A stretch of DNA of 64,000 nucleotides from a virus (IMGVR_UViG_3300029839_000128), one strand, 5' to 3'; positions 18,798-28,218 are shown, numbered from the stretch's first letter. A program made the numbers and translations. Notes: generated by a model from the sequence alone, not told the origin.

Positions 18798-19247
18798 TTA
18801 AAAGGGCAGATCGCCGTCGTCGTCACTTCCGTCATCATCGCCCAAGGCGGTAGGAGGCGGAGTATCCTTCTTGGTGGTCTTCTTGTTGCCTGAAGCGGAC
18901 TTCTTGGCAGCAGGAGCTTCGTCACTGCCACCGCCGTCAGACTTGTTACCGCAGAACTCCACACGGTCAGCCTTGACCTCCCAAGCGATACGGTTGTTGC
19001 CCTCCTTATCTTCGTACTTGCGACTTTGCATTTCGCCCTGCACCAGCATCTCGCGCCCCTTGGTAAAATACTGAGCGACGAACTCTGCGGCCTGACGCCA
19101 GAAAACAACGGTAAAGAAATCAGTCTCTTTTTCCTTAGAATAAGGGCGATCGACGGCCAGATCCACAGTACAAACAGAGGTACCATTTCCGGTCTGGCGC
19201 AGCTCAGGATCGCGCACAAGGCGTCCTTTAATCACAATAAGATTCAT
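18798..19247 (-). CDS. ssb: single-stranded DNA-binding protein
   Basis: OB-fold N-terminus MNLIVIKGRLVRDPELRQT and acidic tail DDDGDLPF. Confidence 0.85.
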   Translation of the reverse strand: MNLIVIKGRLVRDPELRQTGNGTSVCTVDLAVDRPYSKEKETDFFTVVFWRQAAEFVAQYFTKGREMLVQGEMQSRKYEDKEGNNRIAWEVKADRVEFCGNKSDGGGSDEAPAAKKSASGNKKTTKKDTPPPTALGDDDGSDDDGDLPF

Positions 19248-19996
19248 TCAGCGTTTCCTCCCACAAATTTGGTGATTGCGTCCATCAAATCAGTTGCAGT
19301 CTTGACATTATTGATGAGACGGTAGTTTCCAGAAGGTTTGCCCTTCTCATCTCTGACATATTTTTTGACCAAAGCGGTCAGCTTGGTTCTGGCGTCCTTC
19401 AGCTTGTCTTCGTCAGTAATGGCGGTAAGATAGTTGGACACCACACCATCGATTTCCTCAACCAACCCCTCTACGATCTGCCGCTCCTCAGCAACAACAG
19501 CTTCCATCTTCTTGGAGCGCCAGTTATCGGGATCATCATCAGGAGTCGCGATCTGGAAAAACTTCAGCATAAAATAGCGATGCAAATAACTCAGACCGCT
19601 GCCAACTGCTTGGCTGGCATCTCCTTGTTGCCCAACGATTACCCAGGGAACCACCAGCTGATCACTGGGATTATCCAGATTGACCCAGGTGAAGGTCATA
19701 TCGGCATTAACCAGAACCTCGTTGACGCTCTCTTCCAGCTTGTCGCCGTTCTTGGTGGACTTAATCTTGGTGTAGTTGTACGGCGTAATGACTGCGGTAG
19801 CAGGAACAATTCCGGGGTACAACAGTACATGGTATTTATCCATGCCAGCGGTTACACGCGCCAAAATCTCGTCCTCGGAGACATATTTGTAGTTGTAACC
19901 AGACTTGTTTTTACGGATGACCTCAACCATCTTGCGGATACCAGCCAGCTTCTGGTAAATTGTCATCTCTTCGATTGGTCTCTCAGTAGCAGACAT
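19244..19996 (-). CDS. ERF-family single-strand annealing protein (recombinase)
   Basis: GYNYKYVSEDEI and overall ERF-like N-terminal domain. Start overlaps the ssb stop. Confidence 0.7.
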   Translation of the reverse strand: MSATERPIEEMTIYQKLAGIRKMVEVIRKNKSGYNYKYVSEDEILARVTAGMDKYHVLLYPGIVPATAVITPYNYTKIKSTKNGDKLEESVNEVLVNADMTFTWVNLDNPSDQLVVPWVIVGQQGDASQAVGSGLSYLHRYFMLKFFQIATPDDDPDNWRSKKMEAVVAEERQIVEGLVEEIDGVVSNYLTAITDEDKLKDARTKLTALVKKYVRDEKGKPSGNYRLINNVKTATDLMDAITKFVGGNAE

Positions 19997-20014
19997 TTTA
20001 ACCTCCTAAATGAT

Positions 20015-20647
20015 TTAATCAGTTGCTTTCTCGGTTAAAAAGGTTGCCTCCATATCAGCTAAATGCGCCATAGCAGCCAGCGGGCACATTTCATATGCCT
20101 TATTCATACTGCTGTCACCGCCCTTGACTGCTGCATCAAAAGCTCCCATATGGAACCGGATCGCAAAAATTTCGTCTCGCTTGAGTTTGATAAAACTCTG
20201 AAGAATAATAACGGATTTTTCGCCATGGCCGAGAGGGAGCCGATCCTCAACCTTATAGTAAGGTTCTGCCACCCAATCAAAATAGCCACGCTCATCTTTC
20301 TTCGATCCACTATCGCTATATACCTTGACATTTTTGTAGTCAACAGCATAGTAGTTGGCTTTGGTCAGATCGTGAAACAAGGCAACAACAATAACCGATT
20401 CGGGATCAATACTCAAATCGGGATACCTGCCGACCATACCAACCAGGGCATCATAGACATTCAGACTGTGCTCAAGCAGCCCACCACGATAGCAGCCGTG
20501 AAAGCGAGAACTCGCAGGAGCAGTATAGAAATCAGACTTTTCAAGCCACTCCATCAAGGCATTCATGCCATCACGCTTAACAGTGCTACACAAGCTGATG
20601 AAGCGAGATTTCAATGCCTCCAGCTTCTCACCATCTTCCATAGACAT
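20015..20647 (-). CDS. HD-domain phosphohydrolase
   Basis: H...LFHDLTK HD motif. Start MSMEDGEK at 20647 with AGGAGTG RBS (track ORF extends to 20728). Confidence 0.6.
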   Translation of the reverse strand: MSMEDGEKLEALKSRFISLCSTVKRDGMNALMEWLEKSDFYTAPASSRFHGCYRGGLLEHSLNVYDALVGMVGRYPDLSIDPESVIVVALFHDLTKANYYAVDYKNVKVYSDSGSKKDERGYFDWVAEPYYKVEDRLPLGHGEKSVIILQSFIKLKRDEIFAIRFHMGAFDAAVKGGDSSMNKAYEMCPLAAMAHLADMEATFLTEKATD

Positions 20648-20756
20648 TCCATCACTCCTATTTGGTTTTTCTTTTACGGAAATTGTGTGAAAATCTGTTG
20701 CAGCTTTAGGGAGAAATAAGTGTCCCAAGGTAAGTTGTAACTCAGGATGAAGTAGA

Positions 20757-21008
20757 TCAATCTCCCAAAGATTTCAACAGAAAACAGGCGTCACAATAAC
20801 ATTTACCCTCTGCCTCAACTCTGGCATAATCACCAGTGATTGCTTCACCACAACCATCACAGTAGATTGCAGGAACATAGGAGCCACCACATACAGGACA
20901 GCCGCTAAATTCTTCATAAGGCGGGGTATCTAACCCATGACGCTCGATATAGCGTTTGGGTTCGTCAAAAATAGTGAGACAATCCAAGCAGATATACTTG
21001 TTTAACAA
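20757..21008 (-). CDS. zinc-ribbon protein (83 aa)
   Basis: CLDC...CPVCGG...CDGCGE...CYCDAC. Confidence 0.5.
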   Translation of the reverse strand: MLNKYICLDCLTIFDEPKRYIERHGLDTPPYEEFSGCPVCGGSYVPAIYCDGCGEAITGDYARVEAEGKCYCDACFLLKSLGD

Positions 21009-21298
21009 GGAACCACCTTCCAGACAGCAGTGTTGCGTCCGGTAATCGCACTGGGACGCCGGCCAATCACCTGAACCATCCCACTTTCTTTCAGCTCCGT
21101 GAGTCTGGGACGAACAAAATTCATATCCATATGAGAGATCTTGCCGTTATCCACAAGAGCTTGAACAACTTCTTCGGCAGTCATTCCGTCAGGATGCTCT
21201 TTCAGCACAGACAAAATCAAACCCTTACGATTATTACGCTTAGGGATGATTTTATCGTATGCCTCACGACGATTCTTCCTCGTGATATTCAAAACCAT
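21002..21298 (-). CDS. winged-helix DNA-binding protein
   Basis: Sequence resembles a winged-helix DNA-binding fold. Confidence 0.45.
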   Translation of the reverse strand: MVLNITRKNRREAYDKIIPKRNNRKGLILSVLKEHPDGMTAEEVVQALVDNGKISHMDMNFVRPRLTELKESGMVQVIGRRPSAITGRNTAVWKVVPC

Positions 21299-21335
21299 CG
21301 CTCCTTTGCTTTATTTTAGGGATTGCTAAATTGAC

Positions 21336-22178
21336 TTAGAATGAACAGTCACAAGGCAAAACATCTTCTTCCTGAATAAGTTTTCTTGCTACTGCCCAAA
21401 ATTTTTGTGGCGTTGTCTTTTCTGTCGGGGGCAATGCCTTTTGCTTGAGACGGGCGAACTCCGGTTCCAGCTCAAACAGAAATGCCTGCCGTAAAATGCT
21501 GAAGCCAATCTCTTTTTCTGCTTGCTTTGCTTTTTCCCAGATCTCAGGGTATAAACAGTACACGATAAACCAGTGTTGCTTACCGGCTTTCAGACAGCCA
21601 ATGCAGTTTGCGTGATTGAAAATACTGTAAGATTTCGGACGTTTAATCCCAATCTCCTCAATTTGATAAATAGAGCGATCATTCCAGATCAGCGGATATT
21701 CTGTGCGATACCCCATCACTGCCATAACACCGATGCGACGCCTAATTCTGGTCTGCTCGCTTGCATCAAATCCGTACACCAAAGACACATCTTCTCGGAT
21801 ATGAGGAGGATCGGCAGGGTAGTGCTCAGCCAGCCATTTATGAAATGGCTTAGTCTTTAACTCTTGTGTACAAAGCGCAGAGGATTGAATACCATATTTG
21901 AATGCTTTCAACTCCATACATACATCGAACTGGTCTTTATTTTCCCATCCAGGCATATTAGCGTAGGTAATAGGAACACCTAAATAATCCGAAACCTCTT
22001 GCTTGAAACGCTTAATATCAGGATCTTCGGTGCGAGAACATAAATCATGGTTAAGTAAGATTGTGTTTTCCGCTCCGTATTTCCGAACAATTTCTACGGC
22101 AGCAATCGCTGAGGAATGCCCGCCGGAATAACAGACGATATGCTTCATACCGACCACAACCATCTCGGTTGAGGTCAA
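21336..22178 (-). CDS. PAPS-reductase/PP-loop ATP pyrophosphatase family protein
   Basis: PP-loop variant VCYSGGHSSA near the N-terminus. C-terminal Cys pairs (CIGC, CDC). Confidence 0.55.
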   Translation of the reverse strand: MTSTEMVVVGMKHIVCYSGGHSSAIAAVEIVRKYGAENTILLNHDLCSRTEDPDIKRFKQEVSDYLGVPITYANMPGWENKDQFDVCMELKAFKYGIQSSALCTQELKTKPFHKWLAEHYPADPPHIREDVSLVYGFDASEQTRIRRRIGVMAVMGYRTEYPLIWNDRSIYQIEEIGIKRPKSYSIFNHANCIGCLKAGKQHWFIVYCLYPEIWEKAKQAEKEIGFSILRQAFLFELEPEFARLKQKALPPTEKTTPQKFWAVARKLIQEEDVLPCDCSF

Positions 22179-22284
22179 CTGCCCAATCCTCCAATGCTAC
22201 TTACCATATGGCGTTCACGCTGCAACGGACAGTTTTACTCTGCACTTATCAATTTTACAGAAACCCGGACTACCGGGATTAGTA

Positions 22285-22569
22285 TTAGCTCCTTCCTGTT
22301 TTAATAGTATTGATAGCGCTCTGTGCAGCGCCAAATCCATTGTCGCGGTCATACAGCCGCTCATCAAACTCTTCATCTGAGCTGAGATCTACTTTCATTA
22401 CGCGCCCACGCACATAATCAAAGTAATTAGTCTGCTGCAGCAAAAGTTCTGCTTGCTCCTTGGTCATATCTTCAGGTGTGTAATGGATGAATCCCATACC
22501 CTGGGGACGGGCACGGTTGTAAAGAGCAGCAAGAACATCGGGCTTACTCAAACCCTTGATTGAAACCAT
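22285..22569 (-). CDS. hypothetical protein (94 aa)
   Basis: ORF track. Confidence 0.45.
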   Translation of the reverse strand: MVSIKGLSKPDVLAALYNRARPQGMGFIHYTPEDMTKEQAELLLQQTNYFDYVRGRVMKVDLSSDEEFDERLYDRDNGFGAAQSAINTIKTGRS

Positions 22570-22715
22570 GTTAGTTACTCCTCTCGTGTGTTATGTGGAG
22601 AGGAGACGCCTCATGCGAAGCGTCCACCTCCTCCATTATTTCTGTTGTTCCAGAAGTCCCATAAGAGCGCAAATACCAACAGCAACAATGCGCCCGCTTG
22701 CAAGACTTCCATTTT

Positions 22716-23141
22716 TTACTCAGTTGCCGCCGGAAGCTGAGGCACCAGCTCATCCAACCAGTAGTTAAGCACCTTATTGTAGGTGTTGTCATTGCCCATG
22801 TAACGCTTGAGCATTGCGGCCATCAGACCAGTCTCAGCGTTAAAGGTATCACCAGGCTGACACTTTACGACAGTCTTGGTACCATCGTTCCAGTAGATAA
22901 TGGTAGCGGGGCCGTTGATAATCACACGATCAGGATGAGGCAAAGACCGGAGAGCGGGGGGGGTCTGACGGAAGTGGTCGGCGGCTGCGTTCCATCCCTT
23001 GATGAACTCATCAGTCAGGCAACCTCTCGGCGCAGACTTTGCGGGGATACCAAAGCGTACATACGGGGCGACGGGCAGCAAACTCTTTGCTGCTGCGATA
23101 TCGTCAACTGAAAGAGACCATACGGGCTTAATAGGATACAT
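22716..23141 (-). CDS. hypothetical protein (141 aa)
   Basis: ORF track. Preceded by a phage promoter motif (23157-23185) and AGGAGG RBS. Confidence 0.5.
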   Translation of the reverse strand: MYPIKPVWSLSVDDIAAAKSLLPVAPYVRFGIPAKSAPRGCLTDEFIKGWNAAADHFRQTPPALRSLPHPDRVIINGPATIIYWNDGTKTVVKCQPGDTFNAETGLMAAMLKRYMGNDNTYNKVLNYWLDELVPQLPAATE

Positions 23142-23156
23142 ATTAGTTCCTCCTCT

Positions 23157-23185
23157 ATTACAAATAGATTTTTAGGTTTGCTAAC
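23157..23185 (-). promoter_or_regulatory. phage promoter motif (TTAGCAAA-N16-TGTAAT family)
   Basis: Minus strand reads AGTTAGCAAACCTAAAAATCTATTTGTAATAGAGGAGG, then ATG. Confidence 0.5.
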
Positions 23186-23431
23186 TTATTTTTCTTTAGA
23201 GCTGCTTGAACTGTGGCTAAACAGTAGGTAACACAAGAAGTACAGCGCGTAAGCCTGCCAGTATGTAATAGCAGGGAGGCTAAACACAGCCGGCACTACC
23301 GCATTCCAAAGCAGCATGACCGGAAGTGCAGCCACCAAACCAATCACGGCCACCAGAACAGCAGCAAGGAACACCACACCAATACCATAAATCAGGGTTT
23401 TCACTACATTTCCTCCTCTCTTAATGGGCAT
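23186..23431 (-). CDS. small membrane protein (2 TM segments)
   Basis: Hydrophobic segments. Start overlaps the stop of the kinase-HD gene (operon end). Confidence 0.5.
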   Translation of the reverse strand: MPIKRGGNVVKTLIYGIGVVFLAAVLVAVIGLVAALPVMLLWNAVVPAVFSLPAITYWQAYALYFLCYLLFSHSSSSSKEK

Positions 23432-24332
23432 GAAGATCGCATTCGTTCAAGATCAGAAGACGGTTCCACTCCGCCTCGCCAATCAAATTAACGAGCTTTT
23501 TCATAGTCTTCTGGGGATTATCAGACTTGGAAACCACATAAGGGTACATATGCCAGCGGATCAGGAGCGCGACGGCCAGACGCTCTTTGGTGCTGAGATC
23601 TCCGGTATAGGCGAAGCTATCGTAAGCACCAACGCGCTCATGGTGATAGTAATGAGCAACCTCAGTGGGTTCGCCATGGGAATCATGGAAAACCTTGGTG
23701 TGCTCTTTACCAATATCATGGAGAATAACCGCACGCTTGAGAGCAATATCGGCATCGGGATAGTGGTCGAGCAGATAAGCCCAAGCCACCAAACAATGCT
23801 GACCAATGGTGAACTCGTGGTGGGGATTGTCATGTTCAATGGCGCAAAGGCGTCTGAGAGCATCGTCCAAAATCTCGTATCCGTAGTCGTTCTCGATCCA
23901 GATATCGTCCCAGCCCTCAGACATCATAGGAATGTCGAAGCTCTCATACATTCGCTTAATGACACTTTCAGGAATGGTGCGCTCTCTGGCGGCGTTGTTT
24001 TCCAAGCATTTGTAATAAGGCGCTGCCGTAAAAACACAGGCGGCATTGAGATTGGGAATGCGAAGCGCCCGTACACGGCTCAAAAACTGCTGGCGGCGGC
24101 GGAAGTTGATATTAGTGGCGTCGTAGACCACATTCTTGCCGGTGCGGAGGTCTTCAAGCACCCGGTCATGGAGCGTCTGGAAAACCAACTCCTGATTGCT
24201 CTGGTCGGAGATATTGCCCAGCAGCTCCTCGCGGATCGCGTCGCTGGAATGGATTACGGCGTCGGGCAGCTTTTGGGCATAATAGCTTTTGCCGCTTCCA
24301 GGGAGACCGACCATCATATAGAAATATTGCAT
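23421..24332 (-). CDS. P-loop polynucleotide kinase domain fused to HD phosphohydrolase domain (putative RNA 5'-kinase / 2',3'-phosphoesterase end-healing enzyme)
   Basis: N-terminus MMVGLPGSGKSYYA (Walker A, T4 Pnk-like). C-terminal HD motifs ...H...ILHDIGKEH...H. Translationally coupled to the upstream NTase. Confidence 0.65.
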   Translation of the reverse strand: MQYFYMMVGLPGSGKSYYAQKLPDAVIHSSDAIREELLGNISDQSNQELVFQTLHDRVLEDLRTGKNVVYDATNINFRRRQQFLSRVRALRIPNLNAACVFTAAPYYKCLENNAARERTIPESVIKRMYESFDIPMMSEGWDDIWIENDYGYEILDDALRRLCAIEHDNPHHEFTIGQHCLVAWAYLLDHYPDADIALKRAVILHDIGKEHTKVFHDSHGEPTEVAHYYHHERVGAYDSFAYTGDLSTKERLAVALLIRWHMYPYVVSKSDNPQKTMKKLVNLIGEAEWNRLLILNECDLHAH

Positions 24333-25144
24333 CAGTTCATACCTCCAATCTCAGAAAGAAAACAACGCTTGAGAATTTCTACCGTTGCGGTTTGAAGAAC
24401 TTCCTCCGCGTGCTTGTTGATAATGGGAGGGTAGGTATCCATATAATTCTTCTTGTCGGCAATCATGGTCTCAATGGTCTTGGACATAAGCTCCCGTGCT
24501 TGTTCCAAAGTGCAGCACCCACGTTTGACATCCATCAGGTAATCATGCTGGGCGCTGATCAGGCAATCCTCATAAGGAACGCCGGCAAGGTATCGGGTCA
24601 TAAACTCCCGCATACGCAAGGCGTGATGGAGTTGCTTGGGATCGTAGCCAAAGCGCTCGATCTTATCCATGGTGGCGGGATAGGGATGTTCCATTGCCTT
24701 TTGCTTTTCCAGAGCCATACCGACCAAACAGTTGACCCCGGCATAGTTGTTGTAGCGAGCAATATCCTCTCTGGCATCCAACACAGATTGGAAAAGATCT
24801 TCGTATTTGGGATTGAGGATCATATAGCGCGTAAACAAAATTTCGACAAAATTGACATTTTGCTTCTTGATACAATCGAACATCAAACGAATGTCTTTGA
24901 AGTCTAAGTGCTCATTATTCTCCATGATATGGGTAGTGCTAACTGGCTTACGGTTAAGTACAAAATCAGTGAAACTGGGAAGCACGATCACTTTGGTATC
25001 AATGTCGCTGCCCTCGTAATCCAGATCGTAGTTTTGAGATCCCTGCAAAAACAGCCCGACCCACTCCATACCAGATTTCATAACGGGCACCAGATGTTCT
25101 GCCATCCGTGCATAGATTTTCTTAGCTTTTTCAAAATCAGTCAT
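24332..25144 (-). CDS. pol-beta superfamily nucleotidyltransferase (possibly tRNA nucleotidyltransferase-like)
   Basis: GSQNYDLDYEGSDIDTKV equals the GS..(x)..DxD NTase signature. 270 aa with a helical C-terminal domain. In the operon with the RNA ligase and kinase-HD. Confidence 0.55.
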   Translation of the reverse strand: MTDFEKAKKIYARMAEHLVPVMKSGMEWVGLFLQGSQNYDLDYEGSDIDTKVIVLPSFTDFVLNRKPVSTTHIMENNEHLDFKDIRLMFDCIKKQNVNFVEILFTRYMILNPKYEDLFQSVLDAREDIARYNNYAGVNCLVGMALEKQKAMEHPYPATMDKIERFGYDPKQLHHALRMREFMTRYLAGVPYEDCLISAQHDYLMDVKRGCCTLEQARELMSKTIETMIADKKNYMDTYPPIINKHAEEVLQTATVEILKRCFLSEIGGMN

Positions 25145-25448
25145 CGTATGGCTCCTTTCTGATACAGTCTCGAACGAGTCGCTGATACAACAGTGGGTCG
25201 TATTGTTCCATATCCGACCAGAACATCAGATACTCGCTGTTCTTATATGTGTCTGTCACATCGCCAGAAGCGTCATAGAATCGGCCTCCAATCTCCTGAA
25301 CGAAATGGTTTTTGACTGGCTCATACATCATAGTTCCGCCAAAACGCTCTTGGAGGATAAAGGCAAACCAATAGCAACATCCACATAAAAAAGTTTCCTC
25401 AGCACCTTTGAAATGACGAATGAAATCAAGAACGATTTCTTTATCCAT
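25137..25448 (-). CDS. hypothetical protein (about 103 aa)
   Basis: Start MDKEIVLDF at 25448, overlapping the ligase stop by 8 nt (track ORF is longer). Confidence 0.4.
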   Translation of the reverse strand: MDKEIVLDFIRHFKGAEETFLCGCCYWFAFILQERFGGTMMYEPVKNHFVQEIGGRFYDASGDVTDTYKNSEYLMFWSDMEQYDPLLYQRLVRDCIRKEPYDD

Positions 25449-26940
25449 TGACTTCCTCGGAAACCTCCTGCTGCTCTTCCATATCAGGAGCGGCAGCGGA
25501 TTCTTTGATAATGCCCTCCAGCACCTTGAACGCAAAATTCTTATGCTTGTAGGCAGTAAACTTGGGACGGTTGACAATGCGAACAACCACACCCTCGCGA
25601 ACATGAGACTTTCCTACGGGATCAGGGCCGTCATAGAACTTCTCAGCCTGTTCCTTAACATAAGCACCAGCGTCGATATCGATAATGCTGCCCACATCAT
25701 CGGCGAGCGTAGAATAATGAGGAATATATTCCTTGCAGAAAACAGGAACACACTTGACACCCATCTGCTCACAACGGTAACGCATGAAGTCGGGGGTATA
25801 TTCCACCACATCGCCGTCCTCGTTAGTCATAGTCATACGATAGACATACATATCAGACTTAGGAGCATCCTCATACATCGCCTTGGTATTGACGCTGGTA
25901 GCAGAGAGATCCCCAATATCTGAGGTGGGGGTTGCAACCGGCTGATCACTGATGAACTTACGGCCATTGGGTTCACATCCATAGCTGAAAACAGTGGTTT
26001 TCCCGTACTGTTTGGTAAACTCCTTATCTCCAACCTTTGAATTGCTACCAGGAGACATAATTGGCGTTCCGTCATCAGTAAAGCCTACCACTTCATAGTA
26101 GACAGTTTCGCCTTTGTGGAGCTTTCCCTCAAAGGCTTTCGCGTGCTTCTCACGAAACGCATTGCTGCCATAAAATCCGCCGTCATAGCCATCCAAAACC
26201 ACACGACGAGTGCCAGTCACATAACCCCAATCGTAGATAGGAGTACGTTTGATGCGACGAGCAAGCCATCCAGGAATCTTCTCACTCTCATACAATGCCT
26301 TTGTCAAACGATTGCGGTAAGAGTATCCTTGAAGGATAGGAAGGAAGCCGGTACGCTGAGAAGTTCCGTGCATTTTCAGAGTAATCTCAATGAGATCACC
26401 AGGGCGAAATGCGCTCAGATTATAGGCCAGCTGCTCAGTATCGGAATGCTCGGTAAACAGAGGGGAAATAGGATCGTGCTTTTTACGAACGCGATTTCCG
26501 CCAATACCTCCACTATGAGATCGGCTTGCCTTGGGAATGTATTTCTCACAAATGGTAACACCATTCAAAATGGAGATGGTATCTCCCTCTTTGAGCTTGG
26601 AGATGTCTGTAAAATCTTTCAGACTGGACAGGGGAAGAAACAAACCGTCACTCTTCTCTCCTCTCAGCTTCAGCGCCTTGATATTGCGTTTTTCGGGATC
26701 AAGATATCCGCCGGCAGGATTCCCGTTCTGATCTTTACGACGCAGCAGATCATTCTTCTGAGCAAACTCAATACCCAGCTTACCGTCTGTAGGGAAGTAA
26801 ATGCCCAGCTGGTCAGGTTCCGTACCAAGATCCACAATAACGGTGTTGCCAAAACATTCGCCGCAGAGCAGACGATCTGCATTGGTATGCTTTCGCAGAT
26901 TGCGAATCCTGGTCACATACGCGCAGTACAAATTGATCAC
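25441..26940 (-). CDS. ATP-dependent RNA ligase, Rnl2-like nucleotidyltransferase domain with N-terminal extension
   Basis: Motif I EITLKMHGTSQR (KxHGT, as in T4 Rnl2 KIHGTN). Motif IV-like YYEVVGF. Motif V-like KHKNFAFK. 499 aa. Preceded by the leader motif and AAGGAG RBS. Confidence 0.7.
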   Translation of the reverse strand: MINLYCAYVTRIRNLRKHTNADRLLCGECFGNTVIVDLGTEPDQLGIYFPTDGKLGIEFAQKNDLLRRKDQNGNPAGGYLDPEKRNIKALKLRGEKSDGLFLPLSSLKDFTDISKLKEGDTISILNGVTICEKYIPKASRSHSGGIGGNRVRKKHDPISPLFTEHSDTEQLAYNLSAFRPGDLIEITLKMHGTSQRTGFLPILQGYSYRNRLTKALYESEKIPGWLARRIKRTPIYDWGYVTGTRRVVLDGYDGGFYGSNAFREKHAKAFEGKLHKGETVYYEVVGFTDDGTPIMSPGSNSKVGDKEFTKQYGKTTVFSYGCEPNGRKFISDQPVATPTSDIGDLSATSVNTKAMYEDAPKSDMYVYRMTMTNEDGDVVEYTPDFMRYRCEQMGVKCVPVFCKEYIPHYSTLADDVGSIIDIDAGAYVKEQAEKFYDGPDPVGKSHVREGVVVRIVNRPKFTAYKHKNFAFKVLEGIIKESAAAPDMEEQQEVSEEVNG

Positions 26941-26946
26941 TCCTTT

Positions 26947-26968
26947 AATGATTTTATGAGTTGCTATT
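26947..26968 (-). promoter_or_regulatory. conserved leader motif (TAGCAACTCATAAAATCATTA) immediately upstream of RBS
   Basis: Minus-strand read AATAGCAACTCATAAAATCATTAAAGGAGTG. Confidence 0.5.
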
Positions 26969-26989
26969 GAAAAGTATATACTCCTCCCG

Positions 26990-28144
26990 TTAAAGAGAGG
27001 TGGTATTCATGGATTTGAGGCTTTTTGCAGCCGCAGCGATTGCTTTGGCAGCAGTTCTCATTTCATCAGCCGTAGTGTCTGTACCCATGGAAATACGAAT
27101 AGTAGACGCAGCCAACTCTTCGGGAATACCAGCTCCCATAAGAACATGAGAAGGGTTAGGACTTCCAGCGCTACAGGCAGATCCGGCGGAAACACAAATA
27201 TCATCCTGATCCAATCGAAGCACCATTGCCTCACTATTTACACCAGGTACGGTCAAGCTGATAATGTTTAGCGCGGTATTATTCCCACCATTGATGGAAT
27301 ACTCATCGGGTTCCATATGAATAGCAAGACTATCAAAGAAGACCTTGCGAAGCGACTGCCATTTATCTTTCCATACGTTCAAATTTTTAACAACAAGCTC
27401 AGCAGCAACTCCCAGAGCGATGATACCAGGAACATTTTCAGTACCTCCACGAATACCGCACTCCTGACCTCCGCCGTAAATAAAAGGTTTTTTAGGGATA
27501 TCACTGCGGATATATAGAATACCAGTCCCCATAGGAGCGCCAAACTTATGGCCGGAAAGGGAAAGCATATCTATATGACAAGCTTTTACATCCATAGGCA
27601 CATGACCTGCGGCCTGAATTGCATCCACATGGAAAGGAACATTATAGGTTTTACAAAGAGTTCCAATATCTTTGATGGGATTGATAGTTCCCAACTCATT
27701 ATTGACCCACATAACGGACACAGCACCAACAATGCCATGGTATTGATCCAGTTTTGCTTTCAAGTCTTCCAAGTCTACTGCGCCAGCAATGTCTACTTTT
27801 GCGAAGATTGGACGGGCATAAGCAGCAGAGATAACGCATTTTTCTACCGGTTCTAAAATGGAGTGGTGCTCTACTTTAGTGGTAATAATAATATGACGGT
27901 TAAGATTTTTGATCCAAGCATTGTTCGATTCGGTGCCTCCGCTGGTAAAATAGATCTCAGACGGATCGGCATTGATCATCCGGGCAACCTGCCGGCGTGC
28001 CTTTTCGATTGCTTGATGTGCCCGCACACCCTGAGAATGAATGCTGCTTGGATTGCCTACATGATCAGGCTGAAGCCATTGAAGCATCTGTTTAAGCACT
28101 TCGGGGTGTACGGGAGTGGTTGCTGCGTGATCAAGGTAAATCAT
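26990..28144 (-). CDS. cysteine desulfurase (class V aminotransferase, IscS/NifS-like)
   Basis: MIYLDHAATTP start. SLSGHKFGAPMGTGILYIRS PLP-lysine motif. GSACSAG C-terminal catalytic Cys loop. 384 aa. Confidence 0.85.
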   Translation of the reverse strand: MIYLDHAATTPVHPEVLKQMLQWLQPDHVGNPSSIHSQGVRAHQAIEKARRQVARMINADPSEIYFTSGGTESNNAWIKNLNRHIIITTKVEHHSILEPVEKCVISAAYARPIFAKVDIAGAVDLEDLKAKLDQYHGIVGAVSVMWVNNELGTINPIKDIGTLCKTYNVPFHVDAIQAAGHVPMDVKACHIDMLSLSGHKFGAPMGTGILYIRSDIPKKPFIYGGGQECGIRGGTENVPGIIALGVAAELVVKNLNVWKDKWQSLRKVFFDSLAIHMEPDEYSINGGNNTALNIISLTVPGVNSEAMVLRLDQDDICVSAGSACSAGSPNPSHVLMGAGIPEELAASTIRISMGTDTTADEMRTAAKAIAAAAKSLKSMNTTSL

Positions 28145-28218
28145 TCAATACACTCCCCGTAAATAAAGGAGACTCAGAAACGATTAACATTAGGTGTTTC
28201 TTTCGTTCTGAGCCTCCC

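Noticed and set aside
21336-22178. Calling the PP-loop protein a DndC (DNA phosphorothioation) or QueC homologue
   Set aside because: Only the SGG(H)SS PP-loop and two Cys pairs are visible. No DndB/D/E or deazaguanine-pathway partners appear in the window. Kept as a generic PAPS-reductase family member.
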